Shown in pieces: positions 49,327-59,438 of a DNA stretch of 64,000 bases. Every line of letters begins with the position of its first letter. Within the stretch, counting starts at the first letter, position 1. Origin of the DNA: an uncultured archaeon (GTDB lineage: Archaea; Asgardarchaeota; Lokiarchaeia; Sigyniarchaeales; SOKP01); assembly GCA_964508365.1 (NCBI GenBank), contig CAZDTP010000007.1:1-64000 (forward strand). Direction: 5' to 3'. Below the pieces are notes generated by a model. That model saw only the letters and a program-made list of their open reading frames with translations, made no database searches and had not been told where the DNA came from. A program made the position numbers and the translations under genes.

Positions 49327-50334
49327 CTATTCATCTAAAGTAATGAAAGTGTAAAATAACACGAAGATGTATAATATCGCTGAAATCAATAAACTCGATA
49401 CCCTCAAAAATCCTGAGATTTCATCAGTTGTTAAAATCACATTTGAACCAATAAACACCGCTGCGATTAAATACCCTAGAAAATAGCTTTTAAAACTGCC
49501 ATATTTTGACCTACCCCTTATAAGATTAATGAGGTACGTAAGGATTACGATTACTAAACCCGCAGTATAGATCAGGTCAACGATGGGATAGTTATATAAG
49601 TCCAAATACAAAAAAAATCCAAAAAGAAATACCACTAAAACCTTCACATTTGTAAAACTCTTTTTTTGAGTGGTGTCTACAAATAATTGCTCGTACTCGC
49701 TAATACCTGAATTAGAACACAAAATAATAAGAGAGCCGATTGATAAGGCTGTGAATAGGGAATAAGATATTTTAAAAAGATAATCAATAATGTTAAGCCA
49801 AATGTTATTCCATAGGAAAAGAGGTAGTTCTAAAAATTCAGGTATTATACTCACAGTACAGAAGATCGGGATTAGAGACGCTAAAACCATTACAAGCTTT
49901 GTTAAAAAGGAGGTTTTTGTATCTTCTTCCCAACTATCTTTTCTAAAAGTTGTTAAGCGCCATGCAAAAGAAGCAAAACTTAAAATAGAAATTACTGGGG
50001 TTATGATTGGAAAGACAAATATAAAGAGAATATAAACAGCATTGATTCCATAAAAAAATTTTAACCTTGATGGGACCACACTTATTTTATCATCAAAGGA
50101 TTCCATTGTGTTAGCAAATCGATTCGCAAATAATATTAGGAAAAATAACCAAGATACACTATAAACAATAGGGCTTAGAATTTTTATGACAATAAAATTC
50201 AAACTTGCATCGTTAGAATACCATAAGTTAAAGTCAACAAATGAAAATATCAAAAAAATACTCAACGGTACTAAAATAATAGCAAGCAAAACAATTAAAC
50301 GAGGGATTAATATTCCCTTAACAGTTTTCGTCAT
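49327..50334 (-). CDS. Polytopic membrane protein, unknown function
   Basis: About 9-10 hydrophobic segments. Confidence 0.7.
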   Translation of the reverse strand: MTKTVKGILIPRLIVLLAIILVPLSIFLIFSFVDFNLWYSNDASLNFIVIKILSPIVYSVSWLFFLILFANRFANTMESFDDKISVVPSRLKFFYGINAVYILFIFVFPIITPVISILSFASFAWRLTTFRKDSWEEDTKTSFLTKLVMVLASLIPIFCTVSIIPEFLELPLFLWNNIWLNIIDYLFKISYSLFTALSIGSLIILCSNSGISEYEQLFVDTTQKKSFTNVKVLVVFLFGFFLYLDLYNYPIVDLIYTAGLVIVILTYLINLIRGRSKYGSFKSYFLGYLIAAVFIGSNVILTTDEISGFLRVSSLLISAILYIFVLFYTFITLDE

Positions 50335-50507
50335 CGATCACGTACACTTATCCTCTTTTAATAACTATATATATAATGATGATACGATATTTTAAAATCT
50401 CTGTTTTATATGTGTATCTTTGAGGAATCTAATTTATCTAGTGATTTAAAAAAAGAAAAAAAAAAAATAAAATGATATGGGTATTTATCTTCTGTTTCCT
50501 AATTATT

Positions 50508-51242
50508 TCACGCCTTCATTCCACAATTAGTACAAAAATCATTACCTGCAACAAGTTTAGCTCCACAGTTAGTGCAATGATCACTATCTAAAATGGGTTC
50601 TTTATCATCTTCAACTTTCGCTTTAGATTTCTTACTTTTTTGTCTACTTCCCGCTCCAGTTGGCTTATATTTCAAACTGCCAATAAATCCACCAAAAACA
50701 GCACCTACAAGACAGCCTTCTAAAATAGCTGTAGATACGGCTAAAACATAGGGTAAATCAGTTAAACCCATTACTACTCCGTTAATTATCCCCCCAATGA
50801 TAGGGCCGATAACAGGGATCAGAGGTAATAAGAAATATAATAGTAAAGCAATGATTAAATACCCGATTCCAATAGCAAGACATGTTCGAATGCCTTTACC
50901 TGGCGTTTTAGCGTTTATACCGCATATCATCGAACAAGCTAATATCCAAGGCAATGTAACGGAGATTAACAACAATACGTCATCGGGGCGATAAATTAAG
51001 CACCAATGAATAGGAAATATTAGGATTAATATGAGTCCCAAAAATGCTCCCGCGAGAATACCAAGAATACCGCCAATTCCTGGCAATAATGACCCTAAAG
51101 AACTTAGGGCGACATTTACATTTACGATTAAATCTCCTGTAACGCTTGCAGTTAGGTCTAAGAATTGAAAACTAATCCAGGATGTTAATAAAAGAAATAT
51201 CATTCCTACGATTCCTGTCCAAAGTACACGTCCAAATCCCAT
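50508..51242 (-). CDS. Gly-rich membrane protein with a C-terminal zinc ribbon
   Basis: About 5 Gly-rich TM segments, a basic linker, then CTNCGAKLVAGNDFCTNCG. Confidence 0.8.
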   Translation of the reverse strand: MGFGRVLWTGIVGMIFLLLTSWISFQFLDLTASVTGDLIVNVNVALSSLGSLLPGIGGILGILAGAFLGLILILIFPIHWCLIYRPDDVLLLISVTLPWILACSMICGINAKTPGKGIRTCLAIGIGYLIIALLLYFLLPLIPVIGPIIGGIINGVVMGLTDLPYVLAVSTAILEGCLVGAVFGGFIGSLKYKPTGAGSRQKSKKSKAKVEDDKEPILDSDHCTNCGAKLVAGNDFCTNCGMKA

Positions 51243-51499
51243 GTGAAATTTTCTCGAATTCTTAATTCAATTTTATTTGATTTAATGATATTACATACTT
51301 ATTATTTGAAACATGCTTCGATTATTTAAAATTTTGTTTTTATCATTTTTATAGAAAATCTACACAATATTTTATAACAATTTTGAAAGTTCTGAACTAT
51401 TTTAGAAAGGGAGAAACACAAGGTCAATGATTTTAAAATTGGGATGATCTCTGGGTGATATAAATAAAATTTGAGATAAAAAAAGTTAAATAAAATTAG

Positions 51500-52192
51500 T
51501 TATTTAATGTTGAGAATTGCTCCTTTTTCCATTTTAACAACTTTATCAGCATAGGACGCTAAGGAACCTCTATGGGTTACAACTATTACAGTAGTTTCCA
51601 TATCTTTATTGATTTCCTTTAACAGATCCATAACTTGCTTTTCAGATTCCGGATCGAGATTTCCCGTAGGTTCATCAGCTAAAAGTACTCTGGGTCGATG
51701 GATAATGGCTCTAGCGAGACCACACCTTTGTTTTTCGCCACCAGACATCTGAACTGGATAATGATCTTTTCTTTCAAGTAAGTTCACTTCTCTTAACGCA
51801 GCTATCGCTCGGTTTTCAATTTCTTTTTCTCGTAAAACTGTTGGCCATAAGAGGGCTTCAACATTTTCAATTGCTGTTAGAGTAGGTATTAAGTTAAAAT
51901 CTTGAAAAACAAAACCGATTTTTTGTCTCCTTATCCGGCTTAATCTATCTTCTGTAGCCCTCGCTATATTTTCTCCATCAAATATTATTTTTCCAGAATC
52001 AGGTATGTCGATTCCGCTTAAAACATTAAGGAGCGTACTTTTACCACATCCCGTTGGACCCTGAACTAATACAAATTCACCTGCTTTAATACTAAGGCTT
52101 ACATCAGCTAAAGCTCTAATTATTGCTCCGGATCTTCTATATTCTTTATTAACATCGATTGCTTCAATCATGGTATCTTTATCTATTGGCAT
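51500..52192 (-). CDS. ABC ATPase, LolD/MacB/FtsE family
   Basis: GPTGCGKST, RRQKIGFVFQDFNL, MSGGEKQR, LADEPTGNLD, VVTH. Confidence 0.93.
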   Translation of the reverse strand: MPIDKDTMIEAIDVNKEYRRSGAIIRALADVSLSIKAGEFVLVQGPTGCGKSTLLNVLSGIDIPDSGKIIFDGENIARATEDRLSRIRRQKIGFVFQDFNLIPTLTAIENVEALLWPTVLREKEIENRAIAALREVNLLERKDHYPVQMSGGEKQRCGLARAIIHRPRVLLADEPTGNLDPESEKQVMDLLKEINKDMETTVIVVTHRGSLASYADKVVKMEKGAILNIK

Positions 52193-52200
52193 TTTTTAAT

Positions 52201-52206
52201 CCTCCT
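52201..52206 (-). promoter_or_regulatory. Shine-Dalgarno AGGAGG overlapping the upstream stop codon
   Basis: Minus strand reads gaaTGAggaggattaaaaaATG, suggesting translational coupling. Confidence 0.7.
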
Positions 52207-52760
52207 CATTCACCTACTTTTTTTAATGCAATTATTGGCCTTACTTTCAAGATTTTCCGATTCGCTAAAACAATTGCTACCATTTGAACTACGATAAATA
52301 TAAAACTCGTTAAAATTACAGGAATTAACCCAATTAATGTCAATGGGAGAGATACTGATATAGCAGCAGATTGAAGATAACCAATTACTGCAGTATAGTG
52401 AAACAAGAGTTCAATGACTATGATAAATCCCATTAATGTCGTAAATAGGATTTTACCTGTAACCAATGAATTGATATTTTTGTTTGTATAGCCAATGCAT
52501 TTTAATGTTGCCCAGGTTCTCCTATTTCGAGACACGATAATCCACGCGTAAAGTAACGATAAAAATAGACTTGTTCCAAAAAAAATCAATACAAAATATC
52601 CCGCAATTTCACCAATTTCACCTGTAATAGCCAATTCCCAAAATAAACTCGTAATGAAAATCAACGAGGTGTAAATTAGCGTAAAAACAGAAAATAATTT
52701 CTTTTCTCTCAGAGTCATTAGAACCGCTTTTTTCCACATTCTAAAAGCCATAAATTTCAC
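52206..52760 (-). CDS. Minimal FtsX/MacB-like permease (4 TM, no extracytoplasmic domain)
   Basis: RNRRTWATLKCIGYTNKNI (FtsX motif RRxE.a.lra.G), C-terminal LKVRPIIALK. Confidence 0.75.
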   Translation of the reverse strand: MKFMAFRMWKKAVLMTLREKKLFSVFTLIYTSLIFITSLFWELAITGEIGEIAGYFVLIFFGTSLFLSLLYAWIIVSRNRRTWATLKCIGYTNKNINSLVTGKILFTTLMGFIIVIELLFHYTAVIGYLQSAAISVSLPLTLIGLIPVILTSFIFIVVQMVAIVLANRKILKVRPIIALKKVGE

Positions 52761-52829
52761 CGTTTGCTAAAAATTAATTTTTTATATGAATTGTTTGTAT
52801 AGTTATATAATAAGATTATTATTTTAATT

Positions 52830-53243
52830 TTGGGTATCATGTCTGTAGAAATTGAATCAATTATTGATGATCTCCTCTCTGAAGAAGAAAATATTTTTGG
52901 AGTAGCAATTATTAACAAATCTGGCACGCTTATCACACAAACTGAAAATTGGAATCTTAGCAACGATTTAGAAACGATTAACGAATTGCTTGGAGCCAAA
53001 TTAGAGTTGGGACAACGAGGTATGACAAGTCTAACAATTCAAGGAATTAAATATATGATCGTCGAAAATACTGAAGAAAGAAAGATCGGAACCAATATTA
53101 CGGGAAAAGGTCATGTTATTATATCACCAATTCCAATAGGTGGAACGGGTGCGTTAATTTGTTATATAAATCCTCAAGCCGGACCCCGAGACGCCTTATT
53201 TACCGTTCAATCTTACGCATTGAAACTACAAAAGCTAGTATAA
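52830..53243 (+). CDS. Asgard (Loki-type) profilin
   Basis: IIDDLL..EEN..G.AII...G..ITQTENW, IQGIKYMIVENTEERKIGTNITGKGH, PIPIGG.GALI..NP.AGPRD; closely recalls LokiProfilin-1. Confidence 0.88.
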   Translation: MGIMSVEIESIIDDLLSEEENIFGVAIINKSGTLITQTENWNLSNDLETINELLGAKLELGQRGMTSLTIQGIKYMIVENTEERKIGTNITGKGHVIISPIPIGGTGALICYINPQAGPRDALFTVQSYALKLQKLV

Positions 53244-53365
53244 ATTTTTTTATCCTTTTTTTATAGAATTGACAATGTTATCCTCATAATTAACTAGTCT
53301 GAAAATAAATCTCTAATAATAAATCTTTAATTATAAATATTGATTCACAAATTATATAAAAAAAA

Positions 53366-53761
53366 TTGACAAAAGAGAGAAAAAAAATGCTAAATCAAAT
53401 AGATGAGGTCTTATTCTCATATCTTATAACCTATCTACCGAACGTACTATCAATTACTTTCAATATTGTACTCCTAGTTTTTGCGATCTTAATATGTAAG
53501 AGAAATTCATATAGTTATGGAATTACACTTATGCTCTCTTCAATCATATCATTAGCTTCAGAAATTATCTATATTTTCATTCAATATCCAATTTTGAGAT
53601 ATCGATTGCAGGTAGAATTAGGGTTTCCTATGGGTGTAGTGATGCTAATAGTTACGACTGTATTTCTCGTTCTTATGAGTTTAAATGCGACAAGTGCAAT
53701 ATTGATGGTTGTCTCAATATCTCTGATATATAAAACCCATAAAAAAGATAGAATTGATTAG
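53366..53761 (+). CDS. Small membrane protein (about 3 TM)
   Basis: Three hydrophobic segments; likely ATG at MLNQ. Confidence 0.65.
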   Translation: MTKERKKMLNQIDEVLFSYLITYLPNVLSITFNIVLLVFAILICKRNSYSYGITLMLSSIISLASEIIYIFIQYPILRYRLQVELGFPMGVVMLIVTTVFLVLMSLNATSAILMVVSISLIYKTHKKDRID

Positions 53762-53828
53762 AATTGCAATCCTTACAATAGATTCAAAGAAATATCCAGA
53801 CTTACAGAGCTAACACATCTCATTTTTT

Positions 53829-54929
53829 TTAAATCTTTATTTTGGTCCAATAAGGATTTAACAAGTTTTTAAGAAAGGTTTTAATTTTATCTATCTCCTT
53901 CCTCTTAGAATCGTCTAAAAATGATAGATTTTTCTCATAGTCAGGAGGTTCGTACTTTTCCTTTAATAAAGCTTTAATTATAGCTTCAACACAAAATGGT
54001 AATCCAATTATGTCATAACCTCCTTCTAATATGAAAGAAATTTTACCTTCACATATATTTTCAGCAATTTTTAAAATTTTATCCGCAAATTTGTTGTAAG
54101 CAATACTGGTTAACGAGCAATTACCAATAGGATCGGCGTAATACATATCAAATCCCGTAGCAACAACGATAAGAGCGGGCTGGAATTCATTGAGTATTGG
54201 GTCTAATAAGTCAAGACAATAATAAAAATCTTCATTAGTTATTCCTTCTGGCACGGGAAAATTAATATTTTTACCAATTCCTTCATCCATTCCAAGTTCG
54301 TCAACCATTCCTAAATCTCCTTCAGTAAAGTCAAACTCGTGTATAGAAAAGTAAAGAACGGAGGGATCGTCGTAGAAATATTGAGCTAAACCATCTCCGA
54401 AATGGTCATCTATGTCAATTATTGCAATTTTCTCGCTAAAACTTAACTTTTTGCGCAAATATAGAATTGAATTAGCAATATTGTTAAAAATGCAGAGTCC
54501 TGATGATTTTTCTCTATGGGCATGATGTCCTGGAGGTCTGATTAAAGCAAACGACTGAGTAAAACTGTTCTTTACTACTCCTTCAATCGCTTCTATCGCA
54601 CCACCAACTGCTTTTTTAGCTAAATCGAATGTATCCTCAGTAACAAACACCTCTTCATCGAGTAACCCGCCACCTACGTCAGATATTTTTTTTATTGTTT
54701 CTATATGATATTTCGAATGAGCTAGTTCTAAAATCGCATCATCAATTTTTTTTGGTTTAACTTTTACTACGCGATTATCTTTAAAAATTCCATTTCTTTC
54801 AAGATGATTCAAAATACAGTTAATTCTAACGGGATGTTCAAACGATATAAAAGATGGTTTAGGGTATGGAGGAATGTGTTTGGACCCAAAATCATCGTCA
54901 AGAATAATACCTATTTTTTTCTCTGGCAT
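53829..54929 (-). CDS. Histone deacetylase superfamily enzyme (class II/AcuC-like)
   Basis: EHPVRI, RPPGHHA, GLCIFNN, DIDDHFGDG, SIHE, GFD....DP, LEGGY. Confidence 0.92.
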   Translation of the reverse strand: MPEKKIGIILDDDFGSKHIPPYPKPSFISFEHPVRINCILNHLERNGIFKDNRVVKVKPKKIDDAILELAHSKYHIETIKKISDVGGGLLDEEVFVTEDTFDLAKKAVGGAIEAIEGVVKNSFTQSFALIRPPGHHAHREKSSGLCIFNNIANSILYLRKKLSFSEKIAIIDIDDHFGDGLAQYFYDDPSVLYFSIHEFDFTEGDLGMVDELGMDEGIGKNINFPVPEGITNEDFYYCLDLLDPILNEFQPALIVVATGFDMYYADPIGNCSLTSIAYNKFADKILKIAENICEGKISFILEGGYDIIGLPFCVEAIIKALLKEKYEPPDYEKNLSFLDDSKRKEIDKIKTFLKNLLNPYWTKIKI

Positions 54930-55023
54930 ATTATAAAAATTGGAAATGTTAGAATGACTAAACTCTTATATTAATATTTGCATACTAATATTAAAAAATA
55001 ATTCCAAATTTAAAAAAAAAGGT

Positions 55024-57261
55024 TTGAGAATAGAAATGAACTTTGTTGAAATAGTTGCAATGTTCTTACTTAATGCTATTCCTATAATTATACTCGTTAT
55101 CCCGTATTTTTTCATACGAAAAAAGCTTGCTGGGAAAATATATTTTAGAATAATACTAGGGATCATGATTTTTTACCTAGTTTACTGGGTCCTTCCAATA
55201 ATATTTCAAGTAGGAACCCCTCCATTAGAATTAGAATTGCAAGCTGGCGATGTAGGTAATATAGGTCTAGGAATAGGATACATAATCGCTCATGTTGGTT
55301 CTTTAATCGCATTATTTGCTTACTACCCTCTTGTAACACTTCCATTCATATTCTTTGTAGCGCCCTTTATTTCAATTATCTATGTAAGGAACCGTATAAA
55401 GAAAGAAGTTGGAACGAAAAGCGAAAAATTGAAAAGCTTAACATATCAGATTATCGATAGTCCTTACAAGAGAATTAGAACAGATCTGTTTAAAGGTGAC
55501 TGGTCAAGAGAAAAAGACATCTTAAAGCTCCTTATCGTCCTTTTACCTATTTCTTTATATTTATTACAAGTTCTCCTTAAAATTACTGGAGTTCAATCAG
55601 CATCTATAGCTGATGACGCTAACGCTTTGGGTTGGTTTATTGAAATCTTATTTGTGTACCTCGCGACTTTCATTTTTAGTTTAGAAATATTGTTAAGTTC
55701 CCAGATCGCATTAAGAGGACGATACTTCGGAGAAAATATCAGAGAGCAAACTTATAGGAGTTTATACACAGTTGGTGCACCAATATCTATTTTATCCATC
55801 ATTCTATTCCTCGTAGAAGATTTTGGTTCAATTGGATTGATAATATATTTCTTTGCATATTTTTTTATGGCGTCGTTTATTTTTATTCTGTTCCTTAAAA
55901 TTTTTGAACCAATATCGATAATAATATTCATAAAAATAATCAATTGGTGGAAAAATAAAAAGGAAAGCAAGAAAAAAATAAATATCACTAATGTCTATTA
56001 CGGGATCGTTTTCAGTTGTTTAGCTTTTTTCATTTTTTTCATATTAAATAATTTTGTATTTGGCTCAGCTTTTCTCTTAATATTTGACGACCCAGAAAAC
56101 ATAATTAATTCGGCTAATTTTACTACAAGCGGTTCAGTCTATTTACACGAAAGTTTGGGATTTGATTTAATGAACATTTTCAATTTCGTAGCATTAATTG
56201 TGGTTTCGTTAATCATCGCTGTAATCTTTCTTAATCTTACTCTTAGGTTTACGAAAAGCATGTTTTTAGGGATCATCTCCTTTCTACCTATTTTAATCCT
56301 GCTTTCGATATTCTTCGTGATACTGGGTGGAAATGGGATGATAAATTTCGCACCAGATACATATTGGATAACTGGACAATCAAGTTATACTTCGATTTTT
56401 GGGTTTAATTTCTATACTTTAAGAACTGCGGGATTCACAGCAGATTTAACGGGAATCTTGTATTATCTTGCCATTCCTTACCAAATAACACAGTACATAT
56501 TCAATATTATCTTCTGGAGCTTACTGATATACTATATAAGAAAGAACTTTAGAGTAACTAATGTAGGTATCGACGAAAGACACTTAGAAAAGGTGATATT
56601 CTCGTCAATAACTGAATTTCCAAGCTACGAAGATTATTCGAAAGGTAAAATTCGTTATTTGATAACCAGAAGTGAAGATGTTGCTCTGAAGAATTTAGCT
56701 CTCGAACGAGACGAAGTAAAATCCTTATTAACATCTGTTGAAACTGAAAAAATATTAGAAGATCTTAAACCCACGGACAAAAAGGAGATGGAGCGATTTT
56801 ACTTTACGCTCAAATACTTGTACAACAATAATTACATTGATGTTTTAAAACAAGAGTTCAGTTACATTTTTGAAAAAGCTGAAAAGCAAGGGCTTTACAT
56901 TATATACGATGATGGTAGAGGAATTTTTGATTATAATTTCGCGGAGGATTACAATCACGATCCTGGTATTGTTTCGGGTATGTTTTCAGCAATAACTTCC
57001 TTTATTAAAGAAACTACTAAGTCTCAAGAACTGTTAAAAACAATTGACCACGGCGATATTACCATCTTAATCGAATATGGAAAGCGCATTTTTGGAGCTT
57101 TATTTATTAAGGGAAAACAAACTACAGAAGTTCGCTCTTCCTTAAAAGAGTTAGTGAACACATTTGAAGCCAAGTATGCAGATGTCTTAGCAGATTGGAG
57201 CGGAGCGTTAATATATTTCAAAGAGGACAATAAATTAGTAGAAAATATTTTCAAAGATTAA
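55024..57261 (+). CDS. Polytopic membrane protein fused to a C-terminal longin-like domain
   Basis: About 12-13 TM over the first ~510 aa; C-terminus GLYIIYDDGRGIF...GIVSGMFSAITSFIKE...KTIDHGDITILIEYGKRIFGALF. Confidence 0.75.
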   Translation: MRIEMNFVEIVAMFLLNAIPIIILVIPYFFIRKKLAGKIYFRIILGIMIFYLVYWVLPIIFQVGTPPLELELQAGDVGNIGLGIGYIIAHVGSLIALFAYYPLVTLPFIFFVAPFISIIYVRNRIKKEVGTKSEKLKSLTYQIIDSPYKRIRTDLFKGDWSREKDILKLLIVLLPISLYLLQVLLKITGVQSASIADDANALGWFIEILFVYLATFIFSLEILLSSQIALRGRYFGENIREQTYRSLYTVGAPISILSIILFLVEDFGSIGLIIYFFAYFFMASFIFILFLKIFEPISIIIFIKIINWWKNKKESKKKINITNVYYGIVFSCLAFFIFFILNNFVFGSAFLLIFDDPENIINSANFTTSGSVYLHESLGFDLMNIFNFVALIVVSLIIAVIFLNLTLRFTKSMFLGIISFLPILILLSIFFVILGGNGMINFAPDTYWITGQSSYTSIFGFNFYTLRTAGFTADLTGILYYLAIPYQITQYIFNIIFWSLLIYYIRKNFRVTNVGIDERHLEKVIFSSITEFPSYEDYSKGKIRYLITRSEDVALKNLALERDEVKSLLTSVETEKILEDLKPTDKKEMERFYFTLKYLYNNNYIDVLKQEFSYIFEKAEKQGLYIIYDDGRGIFDYNFAEDYNHDPGIVSGMFSAITSFIKETTKSQELLKTIDHGDITILIEYGKRIFGALFIKGKQTTEVRSSLKELVNTFEAKYADVLADWSGALIYFKEDNKLVENIFKD

Positions 57262-57383
57262 TTCCATTTTCTTTATTTTTTTCTTTTTGCTGATTTAATT
57301 GATAACGCCTATTGTATTAATTCACTAGAAAATAAATAGAAGATCTAAAAAACGCTTAAGAAATTCCTAATTCTTTATATTCG

Positions 57384-58184
57384 TTAATCAGGAACACTTG
57401 CAACAGCTCTAACCCAACCAGCGCTTGCCCTAGCTATTTTAATGGGAAAACAATAAATTGTAGCTCCAACAGGTGGAATTTTATCTAAATTTATCATTTT
57501 TTCCATCTGAAAATAACCTAATTCTATCCCTGCGAAGTGACCTTCCCATATTATTGAAGTATCAGGTTTTTTCTCTTTTACTGATTGTTTCCATTTTTTT
57601 GCTGTGAGTGTAAATGGAGCGTCCCAAGACCACGCATCGATTCCAACTACGTGAACGCCTTGTCTAACTATATGTAATGTAGCTTCCTTACCAACTCCAA
57701 CACCATGATTAATATATTCTTTAGTTCCATAATGTTTTGGTGCATTCGTGTGAATGCATAGGATGTCACCCTCTTTTAACCGATGGTCTATACCCTTTAA
57801 TTTATTTTCAATATCTTGAGGAGTCATTATGTATCCTTCCTCGTAATCTGTGCAATCCAGAACAATTAACGGACCAATGCCCCATTCTAATGGAAACTCG
57901 TCGATCGTCATAGCTTTTTTCTCTCCAATTTCTCTATCTTGAACAGGAGCAAAATGCCACGGAGCGTCCATGTGGGTTCCAGAATGCGTACCCAATGTAA
58001 CACTTTCTGTAGTCCACCCCTTTCCAACTGGTAGATGTTCTGGTTTCAACCGAGAAAAGATAAAACCCATCTCTTCAGCGCCTCTATCGTGATCACCATA
58101 CTCAATATGCGGTTGCGTAAGAGGAGGGTCAAATATAAGCTCGTCGGGATTTATAATAGGGATTGAAAGATCAATAAATTTCAT
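57384..58184 (-). CDS. Cyclase family protein (kynurenine formamidase-like)
   Basis: IDLS, THSGTHMDAPWHF, VVGIDA, MEKMINLD, FPIKI...SAGWVRAVA. Confidence 0.9.
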   Translation of the reverse strand: MKFIDLSIPIINPDELIFDPPLTQPHIEYGDHDRGAEEMGFIFSRLKPEHLPVGKGWTTESVTLGTHSGTHMDAPWHFAPVQDREIGEKKAMTIDEFPLEWGIGPLIVLDCTDYEEGYIMTPQDIENKLKGIDHRLKEGDILCIHTNAPKHYGTKEYINHGVGVGKEATLHIVRQGVHVVGIDAWSWDAPFTLTAKKWKQSVKEKKPDTSIIWEGHFAGIELGYFQMEKMINLDKIPPVGATIYCFPIKIARASAGWVRAVASVPD

Positions 58185-58274
58185 TTTTCACACTTCAATG
58201 ATTTAGTTTGTTCTATTATTATAAGAAATCAATGAAGATATTTATTAATCTACGAAAAAAGTTGATTTGTTTAT

Positions 58275-58745
58275 TTAACCCAAGAGTTTATTCGTAAACT
58301 GAATCCTTTTTCGATTGAGAAAAATATATGTAAGAGCAATGCTAAAAATCAAAATAATACCGATGTACAAAATAGATTGTTTAATTATAAAGACAGGAAC
58401 GAGATCTAAAGTAATAAAATAAGTAAAATAGGGGCGCCAGAGAAAGGGTAATATTGGAAGGCGGGTGCTACAACAATAATAGACTTCCGTTCCGTTATTT
58501 TCAGGGATTAGAACATGTGGAAATGAATCAAGATTATTAATTCTTAAATGCTTATAACAATAATCAGGGTTATTGCGATAATTGGAATCAATATACCAAT
58601 TATCACCCAATTGATAAAGTATCCCTGTACCTGATCTTGCTCTTACCACTTCTAAAAAAATTATAGAAATAACAGAAAATGTTAGGATAAATTCAATTAG
58701 CCGTTTTTTCACTACTTTTTTTAAATACCTTTTAGGAAGCCTCAT
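58275..58745 (-). CDS. Hypothetical membrane protein
   Basis: N- and C-terminal TM segments flanking a Cys-containing loop. Confidence 0.55.
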   Translation of the reverse strand: MRLPKRYLKKVVKKRLIEFILTFSVISIIFLEVVRARSGTGILYQLGDNWYIDSNYRNNPDYCYKHLRINNLDSFPHVLIPENNGTEVYYCCSTRLPILPFLWRPYFTYFITLDLVPVFIIKQSILYIGIILIFSIALTYIFLNRKRIQFTNKLLG

Positions 58746-58977
58746 ACAGACGACTATTTATAAGTTGAGATCTCTAACAGCTAAAAAGACATGTATATTA
58801 ATAAAACTATCTTAACTTAATCAAGCAACTGTGAGCCATTACTCCCGATTTTTTTTACTCGACATTCAAATTTAAAAAAAAAGGTGCAGAAAAATAATTA
58901 TTTATAACGCACTAAATAATTTTCGATATTTTAATTAAAAATATATAAATAGTCAACTAAACGTTATATTATTTAGT

Positions 58978-59397
58978 GTGTCAATTTCAGCAAAAACTAT
59001 AAAGGTACTCCTTCTCAGTGGCGTAGTTCTTTTTTTTATTGGAACCTTTTCAATTATTTTTTATTTCATAATGGGTTTTGTAATTGAGATAATTATATCT
59101 CCTTTATATCCTATTATTGGATTGATATTATTCGTTATTGGGGGATTTTTTATTGTAATAACACCAAGGAAGTATTACCATACTATAAAAAGGGGGAATA
59201 AGAGCCCTTTAGAAATAGAATTACTTATTATAGGTTTATGTGGATTAATATTTTGTACTTCTATATCTATAGCTGCTGATATTTATATTTATAGAAATGA
59301 TGGTGTATTTCCCTTTCGAACATTATTATTTTTTACTGCTAGTTTTGTAGGATTTATTACAATAAAAATTAGACGGAAAAAAAAGGCTAAAATTTGA
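58978..59397 (+). CDS. Hypothetical 4-TM protein
   Basis: Four hydrophobic segments and a basic C-terminus; very AT-rich. Confidence 0.5.
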   Translation: MSISAKTIKVLLLSGVVLFFIGTFSIIFYFIMGFVIEIIISPLYPIIGLILFVIGGFFIVITPRKYYHTIKRGNKSPLEIELLIIGLCGLIFCTSISIAADIYIYRNDGVFPFRTLLFFTASFVGFITIKIRRKKKAKI

Positions 59398-59438
59398 TTT
59401 TATTACATGCGAAATTATTAAATACGTTATAAATAGTA

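Noticed and set aside
52757-52999. 80-aa minus-strand ORF continuing the ABC operon
   Set aside because: It lies antisense to the well-supported profilin gene.
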